From Macrostomum lignano (Eukaryota), in the NCBI GenBank assembly GCA_002269645.1, contig NIVC01001280.1, forward strand, positions 62,001 through 126,000: a stretch of DNA of 64,000 bases, written 5' to 3'. The translations under genes were made by a program, and so were the position numbers. The number at the start of each line of letters is the position of its first letter. The first letter of the stretch is position 1. Of this stretch, positions 23,620-35,798 are shown piece after piece. The notes under the pieces were generated by a model. That model worked only from the letters and a program-made list of their open reading frames with translations. It did no database searches and was not told the DNA's origin.

Positions 23620-26600
23620 TCAGGGGGACCCGTCGGTCTCGCCTGCAGCGCGGTCCTCCTCACCGACGGTGGGGAAGAAATCAGCTCGTCCGGTGTCCCT
23701 GAGGTACCGGGCGAGCAGCGGGATGCTCTCGGGCCTGCAAACGTCGGAGAGAACCGGGTTTGGCCCGAGGTGAGTAAGCCTGGCCCTGGTGAAAACCGGG
23801 CAGTGGCAGATAAAATGCTCGGCGTTTTCACTGCCTGAGCGGCAGAAGGGGCACCGCTCCTCGGGTACTTGGCCCTGAAGGAAGCGGTGGCGAGAGAAGC
23901 AGCCATGCCCGGAGAGGGCCATGCTAACTGCTCTGAGGTCTCTGCGGTTGAGCCTGAGGAGGGCTCTACGCAGGAGAGGAGAGGGGCAGGGGACGGCAGC
24001 ACGGGATTGCCTACAATTCCGGGTGTCGTGCCACCTGCGGAGATGCTCGGAGTCAGCCCAGCGCTTAACGCGGGAATTGATCACCGAGGCGGGGATGGGG
24101 GCTCCAGGGCCCGGCCCCAGCAGCGCGCCGGCGGAGCCAGCCTTGGCCAGCAGGTCAGCGCGCTCGTTGCCGAGGAAGCCGGCGTGGCCCGGGATCCATC
24201 TGAGCTCCACTTGGTTGCCTAGCGCAAGCCCGTTGAGCTGGGTGTTGCAGTCCAGGACGGACCTGGAGCTGGCGGTGCTGCGGCAGAGGGCCCGAAGGGC
24301 TGCTTGGCTGTCAGAGTGAAAAATAAATTTCCGGCCGCTAAGCTGCCTTCGGCGCAGCTCTGCCGCGCAGGAGCTGATGGCAAGCACCTCGCTCTGAAAA
24401 ACACTGGAGTTGAGCCCAGTGTGCTGGGAGTAGCTCCACACCACTTCTCCCTTGAAGAAGACGCAAGCTCCGAAGCCTGAAAGACCATGCCTCATAGAGC
24501 CGTCAGTGTAACAGTGGACTTCAGAATCGCTCCAGCTGTCACTCGCCTCGTGTCGAGGCTGAATGGTGACCTTATACCTTTGGCTCAGGAGAAGGGTGGC
24601 TGGGATCGAGTCCGTGAGGATGTTGAGCCCGCCACACTCCTCGAGAGCCTTGAGGCAGAGGTCAGAGTGCGGGATAAGCGACCGCTTCTTAAAGGCCCGC
24701 ACTTTCTTGAAGGCCACCCCAGCATCCAGAAGCCGCCGGGTGCTCTTCGCCGCCTCTCCTTTGATATAAATATCCAAAGGAGGGGCACAGAGGAAGGCAT
24801 TCATGCCTTCAAAAGGAGTAGAGGGTGGAGCGCCCATAGTCATGCGGCAGGCTCTGCCCTGGATTTTGTAGAGAGCGTCGAGGTTGCTCTTGACGCTCAG
24901 GCCGCTAGCCCACACGAGGCTGGCGTAACTGATCGAGGGGCGGATGATGGCAGTGTAAATCCACCACAGCTTCCTGGGGGTGAGCCCCCAGGTGGTGCCC
25001 ACGGCGCGCCTGATCTGAGCCAGTACAGCCAGGGCTTTTTTGGCTTTAGTTTGAATGTGCGGAGTCCAGTTAAGCCTGTGGTCCAGAGTGAGGCCCAGGC
25101 AGCGGACCTGCTTCTCCATGGAAATATTCTTTCCATAGAGGGTGAGGGGCTTAATGGTCCAGAGCAGTTTGTTGGTAAACATGACTGCTGTGGTTTTCGA
25201 CTCAGAGAGTCTAAGGCCACATTGGTTTGCCCAACGCTCCGCTCGTCCCAGAAAGCCCTGCAGAAGGTCTCTGATGGTATCAACCGAGGGGCCCGCGCAT
25301 ATCGCGGTCACATCATCGGCATAGCCCACCTTGAGAATGGGGTCGTGGAGATCACTGCAAAGCAACTCATCCATGACCATGTTCCAGAGAACGGGGGTGA
25401 GAACGCCGCCCTGGGGGCCCCCTTTCAGGACAGGCACCGAAAGAGAGCTGCCGTTCAGGTGGGCCACAGCAGTGCGGTTTCGGATCATGAACATGATCCA
25501 TCGGACAAGGTGAGGGTGCGTGGCCCTGGATTCCAGGGCTCTGCAAAAGGCCTCGAAGATGACGTTGTCGAAGGCCCCCTCAATGTCCAGGAAAAGCGAG
25601 AGGGCAAAGCCGCTGCCAAGAACGGCCCTCTCCAGGAAGTCAACAATGACATGGAGAGCACTCTCGGTAGACCTGCCCGCGCGGAAGGCGTGCTGGTTCT
25701 GCGAGAGTGGGAAGCGCTTCAGCTCGACCGAAAGTAGGCGCCAAAGCACCAGTCTCTCGAGGAGCTTGAGGCAGAAAGAGGTGAGGCTGATAGGCCTGAT
25801 GGCCTTCACCGATTGGTAGTCGCTCTTTCTAGGCTTGGGGATAAAGACCACCCGGGCCTCTCTCCACGCAACTGGTACATAGCCCAGCTCCACACAAGCT
25901 CGAAGGAGACGACAGAGCAGGTCCAGGAAGCGGTGGTTTTTCACCGCCTCGTGCAAGAACGCTGGGTAGATGCCGTCGGGCCCAGGCGCCTTGAACGGGT
26001 TAAAGGACCTTGCCGCTCTAATAATGCGGTCTTTGGTGATTATGGACTTTGCTAGACCTTGCCCTCCCACTGTGTGGTCGGGCGGGCCCTGCTGAGTCGG
26101 AGATTTAGGGAAAAAACTGTTGAGCATGAGCTCTAGAGTCTCTTCCGAACTCTCTGTAACCGAGCCATCAGGTCTCTTCACAACAGAGAGTTTAGAAAAA
26201 CGGTCATTAGTGAGTGCCTTAACCAAGCGGGCTACGGGGCGAGAGCCCTCAAGCCCTTCGCAATATTGGCGCCACTTGGCCGTCTTGGCCCTTCTGACTT
26301 GGCCCTTAAACTCGTGGATCGCACGGGTATAGGCCTCTATATCAGATGGGTCTTTGGTTTTGAGCGCTCGCCTTTGGAGGGTCCTGGCTCGGCGCCGAAG
26401 GGCCCCGAGCTCTGGGTTCCACCAGGGAGCAGATTTCTTGCCTTTATAGGCCTTTAGAGGGCAGGCTGCTTCAAAGGCAGTGGTGATCGCCCCGCCCAGG
26501 GAGGAGGCGAGATCGTCCACCACCTGGCAGTCAGAGAGGTCACTGGGGGGGGGAGTCAAGATCCCGAAGGCCGCGGCTCAGCTTCGAGCCAAAGGCAGCC

Positions 26601-27327
26601 CAATCGGTGTTCCTGACGTTCCGACTCCAAGTGACCTTAGGCTTTTGCTTGGTCGGCCCAATGCAAAAGCGGATAAAGTGGTGGTCCGAGAGCGAGTCCT
26701 CGTCCCACACTCGCCAGCCCGTGACTGCGGAAAGCAGTCCGGGTGAGGCGATGGTGGTGTCGATGACTTCGGCCCACCGCCCATTATTGAACGTTGGTGC
26801 ATTGCCCACGTTACAGAAGTTGAGGTTAGTGCTGCTGACATAGGCCAGCAGCTCCTCGCCTCTGCTATTGATGTTCTTGCTGCCCCAATGCAGGTGGTGT
26901 GCGTTCACATCCCCTGCAATGAGCAGTTCGAACCGATGGGACGCAACATAGTCAGTAAGGTTGACTAACGCGTCGCAGACAACTGGGGCATCGCCCGGGA
27001 AATAGGCAGAAGCTACCAGCACAGGTTTATTGGGAATGAGGTTATTGATTTGAACAACACAGATGTCCCCAGTCGAGAGATCAGGTCTCATCCATGCTTC
27101 AAAAGCTTTTGCAGCAAAGACCAGAGATCTTGGGCGAGGCTGAGAGTCCGCCATGCAAAAACAGTGGTAGCCAGATGCACATTATTTGGCTTACCTTTAG
27201 TCATCCAGGGCTCCTGTACGAAGACCAGGCCCGGAAGCTGTTGCTCTGCCGTGCGCATCAGGTTGACCGACGCCGCCACGCAGTGCTGGGTGTTGATCTG
27301 CAGACACCAGGTAGTCGCTGGCATCAT
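23620..27327 (-). pseudogene. LINE ORF2 (APE endonuclease - reverse transcriptase - RNase H - CCHC) with two frameshifts
   Basis: EN motifs LQINTQH, VQEPW, AGDVNAHH, SDHH; RT motifs KAPGPDGI, RPISL, QHAFR, FLDIEGAFD, GGPQGGVL, YADD, CLGL; RNase H motifs YTDGS, QSEVLAI, HSDSQAAL, WIPGH...GNERAD; C-terminal CPFC...HFICHC. Frame breaks near 27177 and in the G9 run at 26545-26553. Confidence 0.92.
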
Positions 27328-28844
27328 TGCAGATCGGATGTTGCAGCCGCCAGGAGTTCCTCCTCCTCCTCGGCGCTCACCGGCTTCGGGTCGGGGTCGC
27401 CGGTGTCCATGGGCTCTTCTTCAGCAAAAGGCCCCCGATTGGCCGGAAGGCAATAGGCAGCGTTCGCCGCCCTTTGCCCACCATCCATGGGGTCCTCCGC
27501 CTCAGATTGGCCCAATGCCCTGGAGCAGCCAGCCGCCTGGGCAGGCGGGTCCGTCTCCAGTCGGCCCTGCCCCGAGGGGTTGGGCCCAGCTGGGACGTCC
27601 CCACCCTCCCTGGACGAGCTGGTGCGCCTAGGCGTCCCGGCGACCTCTCGCCTCAGCTGGGTGATTTTGGCGGTACGGACTGCCTCAGCTGCACGCTGGT
27701 ACAGGCCGCGCCGCTTGGTGCTGCGCGCCGGGCGTCGGTCGCCTCCGCCCTCAGCAGCGCGCTCAGCTTTGCCCGCGCGGCCGTGCTGCCGGGCAGGGCG
27801 GTTTGCTTTGGCAGTCTGAGCAGAGGCTTGCGCCTCGGCCCCGGCCGCCTTCGCATCCCGCCCGCCCTGCTCACTGCCACGGGGAGGGTCGGCCTCGTAG
27901 GAGCGGATGCGCAGCTTCCAAAGGCCGACGTTGATGAAGCTGCCGTGTGGATAGCGCCTCATCCAGGCGTCCGACAGCCCCAGGATGGCTGTGAAGCCAG
28001 TGCCGTCGGTGCGCTTAAGGGTGTCATGCACCACTAGGCCCGCGGCGGGAAGCTCTCGGTTGACTGCTAGCAGTCCTTTCCGGAGCTCGTCAGCAGAGGT
28101 AACAACGCTCCTGGCCGGGACCCAGATTCGATGCCTCTTGGTCCGGGGGCGCTCGTCCTCTCTGCAGAAGGCTAGGTTGAGGTCCCAGCTCTGCTCGGGC
28201 AGCAGCTCAAGGAGCCGCCGACCCGAGTCAGCATCACTGGGCCAAATGAGAAGGCACGAGTCCCTCGTCGCATTCGAATGAATGTTCAGAGGCGTGCCCT
28301 TCAGAGTAAGCTTCCACAGGAAACCATCAACGGCACTTCTCACCTGCTTCAGCTGATCGGGAGACAGGCGCGCGTCCTTTCCCAGGATGACAACCGCCGG
28401 TTGCCTCTTTGCCGCATCAGCCTAGGAGGCCCGGGGGTCGGTGGAGCCTTCTTCAGGTGGGCTGTCCACCCTCCCGGCTGCATCGGCCTCCCTATCCTGG
28501 ACAGGGGCTTCAGTGGGCTCGAGGCCCTCTTCCGCCACCGCCCCAGATTGGGAAGCTTCCGCTGCCGCGGGCCGTTGGCCCCTGGCGCCGGTTAGGCTTC
28601 CGCCCTCCTTGGCCCGCCTCGCCTTGTTAAGTCGACGGCGGGCAGCTCCAGAGGTGGTGCTCAGCTGCTTGGCAGCTGGAGTAGCAGGTGTCTTCTCGGA
28701 GGCACCGCTCAGAGTTGGCTCCACGGGTCTCGCCGAGGCGTCCCCGATGGTAGCAGGTGGTATGGCCGCGGAGTCCACGGCCCCAGCCGAGGCCGGAGGC
28801 ACTGTGTCATCCACAGCCGGTTGGGTACTTCGGTTAGAAGCCAT
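27324..28844 (-). pseudogene. LINE ORF1 (gag-like) with one in-frame stop
   Basis: The supplied ORFs 28422..28964 and 27324..28343 are in the same frame, separated only by TAG at 28422-28424. Likely start MASNRS at 28844. The ORF1 stop overlaps the ORF2 start (ATGA). No CCHC knuckle seen; the central part resembles, from memory, the DUF4780-type ORF1 region (unverified). Confidence 0.75.
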
Positions 28845-31012
28845 TGGCTGGAAGTAAAAAGGTGGGACTTCCTGCAGAACACAGGCAAAGAGCCGCAAGG
28901 CCGCAACCCCAAACCAAGCGGCAGGCCCCAAAAAAGCAAAATACCACCCTGCGGGGGGACCCAAAAGCGCAAGGGGAACCGTTAGCGACCAGACTACTCC
29001 CTGGCCAAGCGTCCATCAGCACGGAGTTACACTGGGACATTAGAGGGTGCGTTTATATGGTCACACCAGGACCCGGCGCCAACGAATCAGCTCGGCAAGG
29101 CCCGAGAGCCTGCCTTAACACCCACGGGACGAGTACCCTTCGAAGTGCGCCTTGCAAGGTGAAAATCAGGAGACAGAGTCTCTTTAGCTATCAGCCCGCC
29201 AGGGGAGGCAGGTGTGAGCATCGCTGGCTGGGATAAGGGCCATACCAGTCTCATACTGCACAGATAGTTCACCACGCCATTGCGTGCAGGACCCGGGGTC
29301 CTGGGGGCAACAGCCCCGGCCAGTATGGGGCTAGCACTGCAGGTCACAGCTGGAAAGCATGCAAAAATTGATTCCTGTTGATTTCGCAGTTGTTTTCCCA
29401 ACAGCAAATTCAATAAAGTTCTTTTTCATCGACGGTGGGGAGTTTTCCAACCATAAAGAGCTCTCTAAAAATCCACGCCGATTTATAGAAATGTATCCGT
29501 GTTTAAACGGTCGCTTGAATTGTCATCTCTGATAAGTGATAAGTCAATTTACCAAGTTCATGTTAAATTAGAATAAGAACTCGTAGATTGGCTTGCGGGG
29601 ACAAAGCAAAATCATTGACTTATTGACGTCAAGTTGGTCCGGTTTTTTAAACACCAAAAAAATCATTCACTTCCATACAGAAGATCTAGATTAATTTTTA
29701 TGGTTGAGTGCAGTAGTCAGAAGCTGGCTGTTTGTAAGCTATAATCCCTCCCCACTTTATTCATTTTAGTTTCATTTTACATTTGGATTGTAGAATGCAT
29801 TCGAGCAGTCTGTCGTCAAACTTCTCGTCTGCAGTTAAGTGGAGGAGTTACTAGAGTGAAGATAAATTTTTGACAATAAGACTTGAGACCAAAAGTCCGA
29901 AATATTTTACAAACTGCATGGATATGAAACATTTTCGCGTCAACGCAGCTGTTTATTCAGAGTATGATCTACTCGTAAACTTAGCTCCCATTTAGACAAC
30001 ATTAGAGAACGAAAGGTTTTGCAGTTTGGCCCTATCCAATTAATTGCAACAAGGTATGACAAGTTTGTTGTCAATAACACAATACAACGAATTTGGTGTA
30101 AGTGGATGAATGGAATACAAATAGATCAATTCATCAATACGCTGAGAAAATATTTTTTGCTTTATAACAAAAATGATATTTCAATCGATACTACAAATCA
30201 TGACCACAGTATGTACAAAGAACTAAGTTTTGTTTTTATTTCTCTGCTAGTTTAAATTCGTGTATTGGTTTCCAAGACATGTATGAATCATCATCCTGCA
30301 CCGCTTCGGCCGCCTCGGCGGTTGCTCGTCATACTGTCTATGATTGCCATGTCCATAATTAACGCTATCAGTATCCGTAAACTGTTAGACAATTATCAGT
30401 AATTTCAGTCGGTAATTTCAATCATTTAAATATATGCATGCACGCTTTTGTTTTGTTTTGTGTTGTTGTGTTTTGTTGTTCATTTGCAACATCAATACTA
30501 CAACTTTCGCCAATTATCTCCAGTTAGGCCTATTTGCTTAGGACTAATTTTTATTTTTCCAGGAAGAATCCAGCAACAATAGGCCTAAAGAAGTAGTTTC
30601 CTTCAACTTCAAGTAGCTGTAATGGAGAGTTCATTGATAAATTCAGTTTTATTTTTAGTCCTAAATTGATTTAATTTAAGCAATGTAAAACAGAGAAAAA
30701 TGAAAGCCTATTATTCCCTATAAAATCTAATTTCTATTGGCTATCAGAGATAAAATATTATTATTGATCATCAATTAGTCCATAGTAAGTATTTTATTAC
30801 ATAATTCTTCAAGAACCCTAGATAAAATTTAGGTTTCTAGGCCTAATTTTTAGATAGGCCTAGCTTAGGCCTATTCCCCATACTCAGGATCAGATTCCAG
30901 TTACTTCATTTGCTGCCAGCTTGTCAATTTGTAGACAAGTTAGCTCTGTCTAAAAATTAGAGAAAAGGACTTAGTATAGGCCTAGTTAATCTAATATTAG
31001 TAAAATTATTCA

Positions 31013-31172
31013 CAACCTTGGGATTCACCCGGCCGTTTCTATTGGCAACACACGCATGTAAGTCGCTATTGGCTGAGAGCAGTCACGTGACTACTGTTCT
31101 GTCCAATAGCGACTTACATGCGTGTGTTGCCAATAGAAATGGCCGAGTGAATCCCAAAGTTGCGCATGTATG
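31013..31172. mobile_element. Palindromic MITE sharing the GTTGCGCATGTATG TIR; 8-bp TSD
   Basis: About 60-bp near-perfect inverted arms; right end GTTGCGCATGTATG at 31159-31172; TSD ATTATTCA at 31005-31012 and 31173-31180; left TIR truncated. Confidence 0.82.
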
Positions 31173-33045
31173 ATTATTCAAATAGATGTATAGGGGCCTA
31201 AGTGCAATTGATGTTTTTTATTTATAGGGATACCTGTATTCAATTCTAAAATAAATTATTTTATTAGGCCTCTAACTAATTTTCTATATTCTTTGCTTGT
31301 TATATATATAGTTATCATGATATGGATATATTAGAAGTTAGCCAATATTTTTTGATTATGTACTAGATATAGTGCACACTAGCCAAAATACACTAGTATG
31401 CTAGGTTATGCCTATGGTAAGTCTAAAATCTCTTAGCCTTAGCTTATTTAGTGGCATAATCAGGAGGGTAAGTAGGTAGATGCTCTTTTCCCTTAACCTT
31501 AGACAAAAACCAGAAAAAATCAAAGGTGGGACCAATTTTTATCAAAATATAGAGCTATCTATTTATCTCTTTTGGGTCTTTACTCTCCAAAATCTATCTC
31601 TTAACAAATTTTTGGTTGTATTACTAAGCTTATTCTAGCATTAATATCCATAATTTACAAAAGTCAAAAAATGAATAAAATTTTTGACAAAGCTAATAGT
31701 AATATTCTTTATATATTTACTATATACTTGCAAAAGAATTATTAATTTAACTATATACTTATTGACTTATGACTATATTATATAAATTTTCTTATTAAGA
31801 TTTTACAAATACTTAAATTTTCATACTTTTAACATAGTTTCTTGTGTTTATACAAACTTTAGTGGCATAGTGCAGCCTTTTCTAGGTCCAGAATATATGT
31901 ATAGACCCTATGGCATATAGTGTATACTATATAACAAAATTTAGGCATATATATATACCATAAGACTTTTTAAAAAGTGCATTAAATAGCTGTCATAATT
32001 CTACAAATGTGACTTAACGATATGCTTTTGAATGTGGGTTTATTACTATGCTATAGCAATAGCATGTCCATTATACTACTAGAGATTCCAATGAGATTTT
32101 AATAAATGCTTTTTGGTCCCTTTTAATAATTTATTGTAATAGATCTCAGCTGATTGAAGCTTTTTGATACCTCACTTAAAGAAATTGGTCAAAGAATAAA
32201 AAAGTTATAGCAATTTCAGTTTTTTTATTTTGGTTATATCTCATAGTGCATTTTTCCTATAGGGCTCTATAATCATTTTGGTCCAAAAATCAGAATTTTT
32301 TTCTATAAAGTTTTGTAATTTTTGTCTCTAAGTCAATTTTAGTGACCAAGGTGTCATTTTTTGCATTTTGGCTACTTTTTGATAATACCAAAGTGTATAT
32401 AGTGCCTTTTAGGCATCTTGTGCTATTTAAGTTATAATTCAGGGTTAAATATTAATTGATCAATTTTGACTGCATGGTCAACTTTAAGGGCATATATCTT
32501 AGCTTGTATATAAGTTACAATAGTATTAAATATGTCATTGTTTTGCAAATTTTCTATATATTAACTTTGTAGTGTAAACTTTTTTACCAAATTGTATCCA
32601 TTATTGTCTAATTTTTACTTTTTGGCTAGTATTAAATTAGGCCTTTTGGGCAGTTTTGTTATTTTTTAGCAGCTAGGAATATTGGTTTTTTAAACAGTTT
32701 AACAGTAAACACACAGCAGAATAACTGGTTTTGTCATGTCTGTGAGATAGTCTATCAATCCACTTGTATTTCAATAATATATAAACCAGATCTGAGTGTC
32801 ACATGCATTTCATATATGTACTTTTTATTATAAAGTATGGCTATCAAATCAGCTTAGACCTGGGTGTACTAAAATTGAAATATAACAGAGAAGAGAGTGC
32901 TAAAATGATAGCAGTAAAATGGAAAGAATTAACAATTTGTTGGGCTAGATTTTTCCCATTCTCTTGCATTCTCTTGTATTCTTGCATTCTCTTGCCAGTA
33001 GTAAGTAAACTAGACAAACTGCTAGAAAAACAGTACAAAATCAAT

Positions 33046-33173
33046 CATGCTTGGGCGCCACCTTGGGATTCACTTGGCCATTTCTATTGGAATACTATTC
33101 CGTCCAATAGCGACTTACATGTGTGTGTTGCCAATAGAAATGGCTGGGTGATTCCCAAAGTTGCGCATGTATG
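33046..33173. mobile_element. Deleted copy of the 31013-31172 palindromic MITE
   Basis: Shares CCTTGGGATTCAC...CCAATAGCGACTTACATG...CCCAAAGTTGCGCATGTATG; flanks AAATCAAT / ATATCAAT (1 mismatch). Confidence 0.75.
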
Positions 33174-33195
33174 ATATCAATGATACATGTTGGAA

Positions 33196-34924
33196 TAAAC
33201 TTGACCGGCGACACGCCAGAAGCGCGCAGAAATGAGCTACGCGACTTCTTCGCCGATATCGTCAACGCGCCGCCACCGCCTCTGCCAGAAGTGATGCCAC
33301 TGCCGCTCGAGACGGCGCTGCCGCCGCAGAAAGATTTCAACACCCAGCCAGTGACCAGCAACGACGTTGTGCAGTTCGCTCGCCAGGCGCCGGGAGGTCG
33401 CGCCCCGGGACCGGACGAGGTGCCTATCGAGGTGCTGCGAGTCACAAGGGTCGCCATTGAGGTGGCTCGTGTGATGAACGGTGTCCTTTCTGGAGATGCC
33501 GCGCCCCGCGAGTGGACAACCGCGCACATCGTCGCGATCCCGAAGAAGCCAGGCACGACACGGAAGGAGGAGCACAGGGGGATCTCGCTTATGTCCTGCG
33601 CCGCGAAGCTGTTCAACCGGGTGCTGCTGGCTCGGTTACAGACTGTGCTGGACCAGTTCCTGCGAACTGAGCAGAACGGGTTCCGCCCACATCGCGGCAC
33701 AGTGACGCAGATCCTAGCCCTCCGCCGCATCATCGAGGAGGCGCGCATCCATCAGTCAAGTCTCGTGGTGATCTTCATTGATTTCCTCAAGGCCTTCGAC
33801 TCGCTGGCTCGCGGCGCGCTGCCTCTCGTGCTTCGTGCGTACAATGTACCGGAGCAACTGATTTCCGCCATCATGGCGATGTACCAGGACACGACCGCTT
33901 CGGTGATGACGCCAGATGGACTGTCAGACCAATTCAGCACGTCGTCAGGCGTGCTGCAGGGTGACACTTTGGCGCCTTTTCTGTTTGTGCTGGCACTGGA
34001 CTGGGTGCGGAGAACCGGCCTGCCCAACCTGGATGACGGCTTCCTTTTGAGAAGACGCACGAGTCGGCGGCACCCGGAGAAGCGGCTCTCCGTTCTCGGC
34101 TACGCGGACGACCTCGCGCTACTTTCATCGACGGCTGAAGGTGCCCAGCGGCTGCTTGATGGCCTGACGGCGGCAGCGTCGCGGGTCGGCCTTAAGCTGA
34201 ACGCGCGGAAGACGGTAGTGTTCACGGTGCCCTCCGACTTGCCGGCCGAGATCAATTACCGAGACGCTGCCGGGAATGCTTTTATGCTTACCCGCTGCGA
34301 GCGCTTTGTGTACCTCGGCGGTTCCGTGCCGGACGTTGCCGACGACCTGAAGAGACGACGAGGACTGGCCTGGGCCGCATTTCGATCTGTGCGCTCCGTG
34401 CTCCAATCTGAGGCCCTGGACGACGGGCTCAAGGCTCGGCTGTTTCAGGCAGTCGTCGAGACTGTCCTGTTGTACAACGCCGAGACTTGGACCCTGACGG
34501 ACGCCTTGGAGAGGCAGCTGGACGCTGCACATGCGGCAATGCTGCGTGCGGCTTTCGGAGTGCGCAGCGGCCCAGGCAGCGAGACCAATGCCGCGCTCTA
34601 CACTAGGGCGCGCCTGACGCGGCCTTCTGACCTGCTGCGCGGGCGGCGACTTCGACTGGCTGGTCATGTCATCCGGTCGGAGGCCCGCTGTCCTGAGCCG
34701 CTACACGACGTGCTGCTGCTCAAGCTGCAGGGACCGCGGAGGCGAGGCCAAGGGCGAACGGTGCGATACCCTGACCGACTTTCGAGTGACGCTGGCGCCC
34801 CGGACCAAGCAGGGGGATGCGACTTCCTGAGGGCAATGGCCCAGAGACGCGCTTTCTGACTGCTCCCCCCTTTCTGGCTACTGCGTGGCCGGCGGGAGCA
34901 GTACCTTGTTGTTGTTGTTGTTGT
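33196..34924 (+). mobile_element. 5'-truncated RTE-clade non-LTR retrotransposon (RT domain intact)
   Basis: Open frame to 34859 with RAPGPDEV, HRGISL, EQNGFRP, FIDFLKAFDS, GVLQGDTLAPFLF, GYADDL, FVYLG, LLYNAETW, RRLRLAGHV; short 3'UTR followed by a (TTG)n tail; TSD ATGTTGGAA at 33187-33195 and 34925-34933; no endonuclease domain. Confidence 0.92.
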
Positions 34925-35798
34925 ATGTTGGAAGCATTCTAATGCATCATAATTTATGAAAAATAGTAACCTCATGCATCAATGCCATATATATATATAT
35001 GTAGACAAGTCCTTGATGATGGCAGAGTCTTTGAAGACACTCCTAGAGGCAAGGCTAGAAAGGCAATGCATAGAGGTAGGTAAACGTAAAGTGGTGGTGC
35101 AAAAAAGAGCAAAATGCTATTTGTCTATTTTTTGTATCTTTTCCTGCTTAAATTCTGCATTAGATCATACTATAAGTTATGTATGCTTAAACACAAATCC
35201 TATCTTAGCTAAATATACACCAATGTATGCCAAAAAGGTAACAATTCCCTAAAACCTGTGGGTGCATATCTTCTGCAAACTTGGGGCATCTGTCCAGGCT
35301 GCTATTATAAACTTATTGAACAAAGTCAATCAACTTTGCAAGTGAGTTTTCTAAGAAAGGTTTTTGTTTTTAGTGGTACAACTAAAGGGGGGCAAACAAG
35401 CAGCCACCCCCTTGGTGGAGACCTGAAAAAATCAAAGGACATTTTCGCCAAACTTCAGAGCCATCCCCTTTGCCCCCTTCCTTTTGGCGTTTATCTTCCA
35501 GAATCTGCCCCCTCACAACAAATTTCTGGTTGTACTAATATTGTTTTTGCAGTAGATTTTCATACACAGTCTTATTTTCATATATGCCCATGATGAATTG
35601 TCTTGAAATATGGTCACAGTGTGCTATTTAGCCTAAACAAGCATTGGTTTTCAAGTAAATACTGAAAAAGATTATGAAGTAAAAAAGCAAAGCTGACCAA
35701 CTTGCAACCAATTTCTGAGCTGCAGGCTGCTGCCACCCATGCTGATTTTGTCAGTGCAGCACGCCTGAGCAGCAGCAGCAGCTAGCAGGAGCCCCGCA

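Larger units (their letters stand above)
23515..29320 (-). mobile_element. Full-length non-LTR retrotransposon with APE endonuclease, RT and RNase H (Loa/Lian-like, R1/I group)
   Basis: Exact 12-bp TSD CAGTATGGGGCT at 23503-23514 and 29321-29332; about 480-nt 5'UTR, ORF1, ORF2 and about 105-nt 3'UTR; no poly(A) tail. The clade call is inferred from the domain order. Confidence 0.93.

Noticed and set aside
24487-25737. 416-aa + strand ORF and other long antisense ORFs over GC-rich exons (e.g. 13744-14613, 19504-20451, 37221-38120)
   Set aside because: Shadow ORFs opposite genuine coding sequence; no recognisable motifs.
29100-29320. HDV-like or hammerhead ribozyme at the LINE 5' end
   Set aside because: Candidate loops (GCC-TCCCCT-GGC, GTCCCGT) lack the UYCNCGY L3 consensus and are not conserved in the second copy; no CUGANGA/GAAA core.
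35373-35535. G-rich/C-rich ends resembling another small MITE
   Set aside because: TIRs too degenerate and no TSD found.
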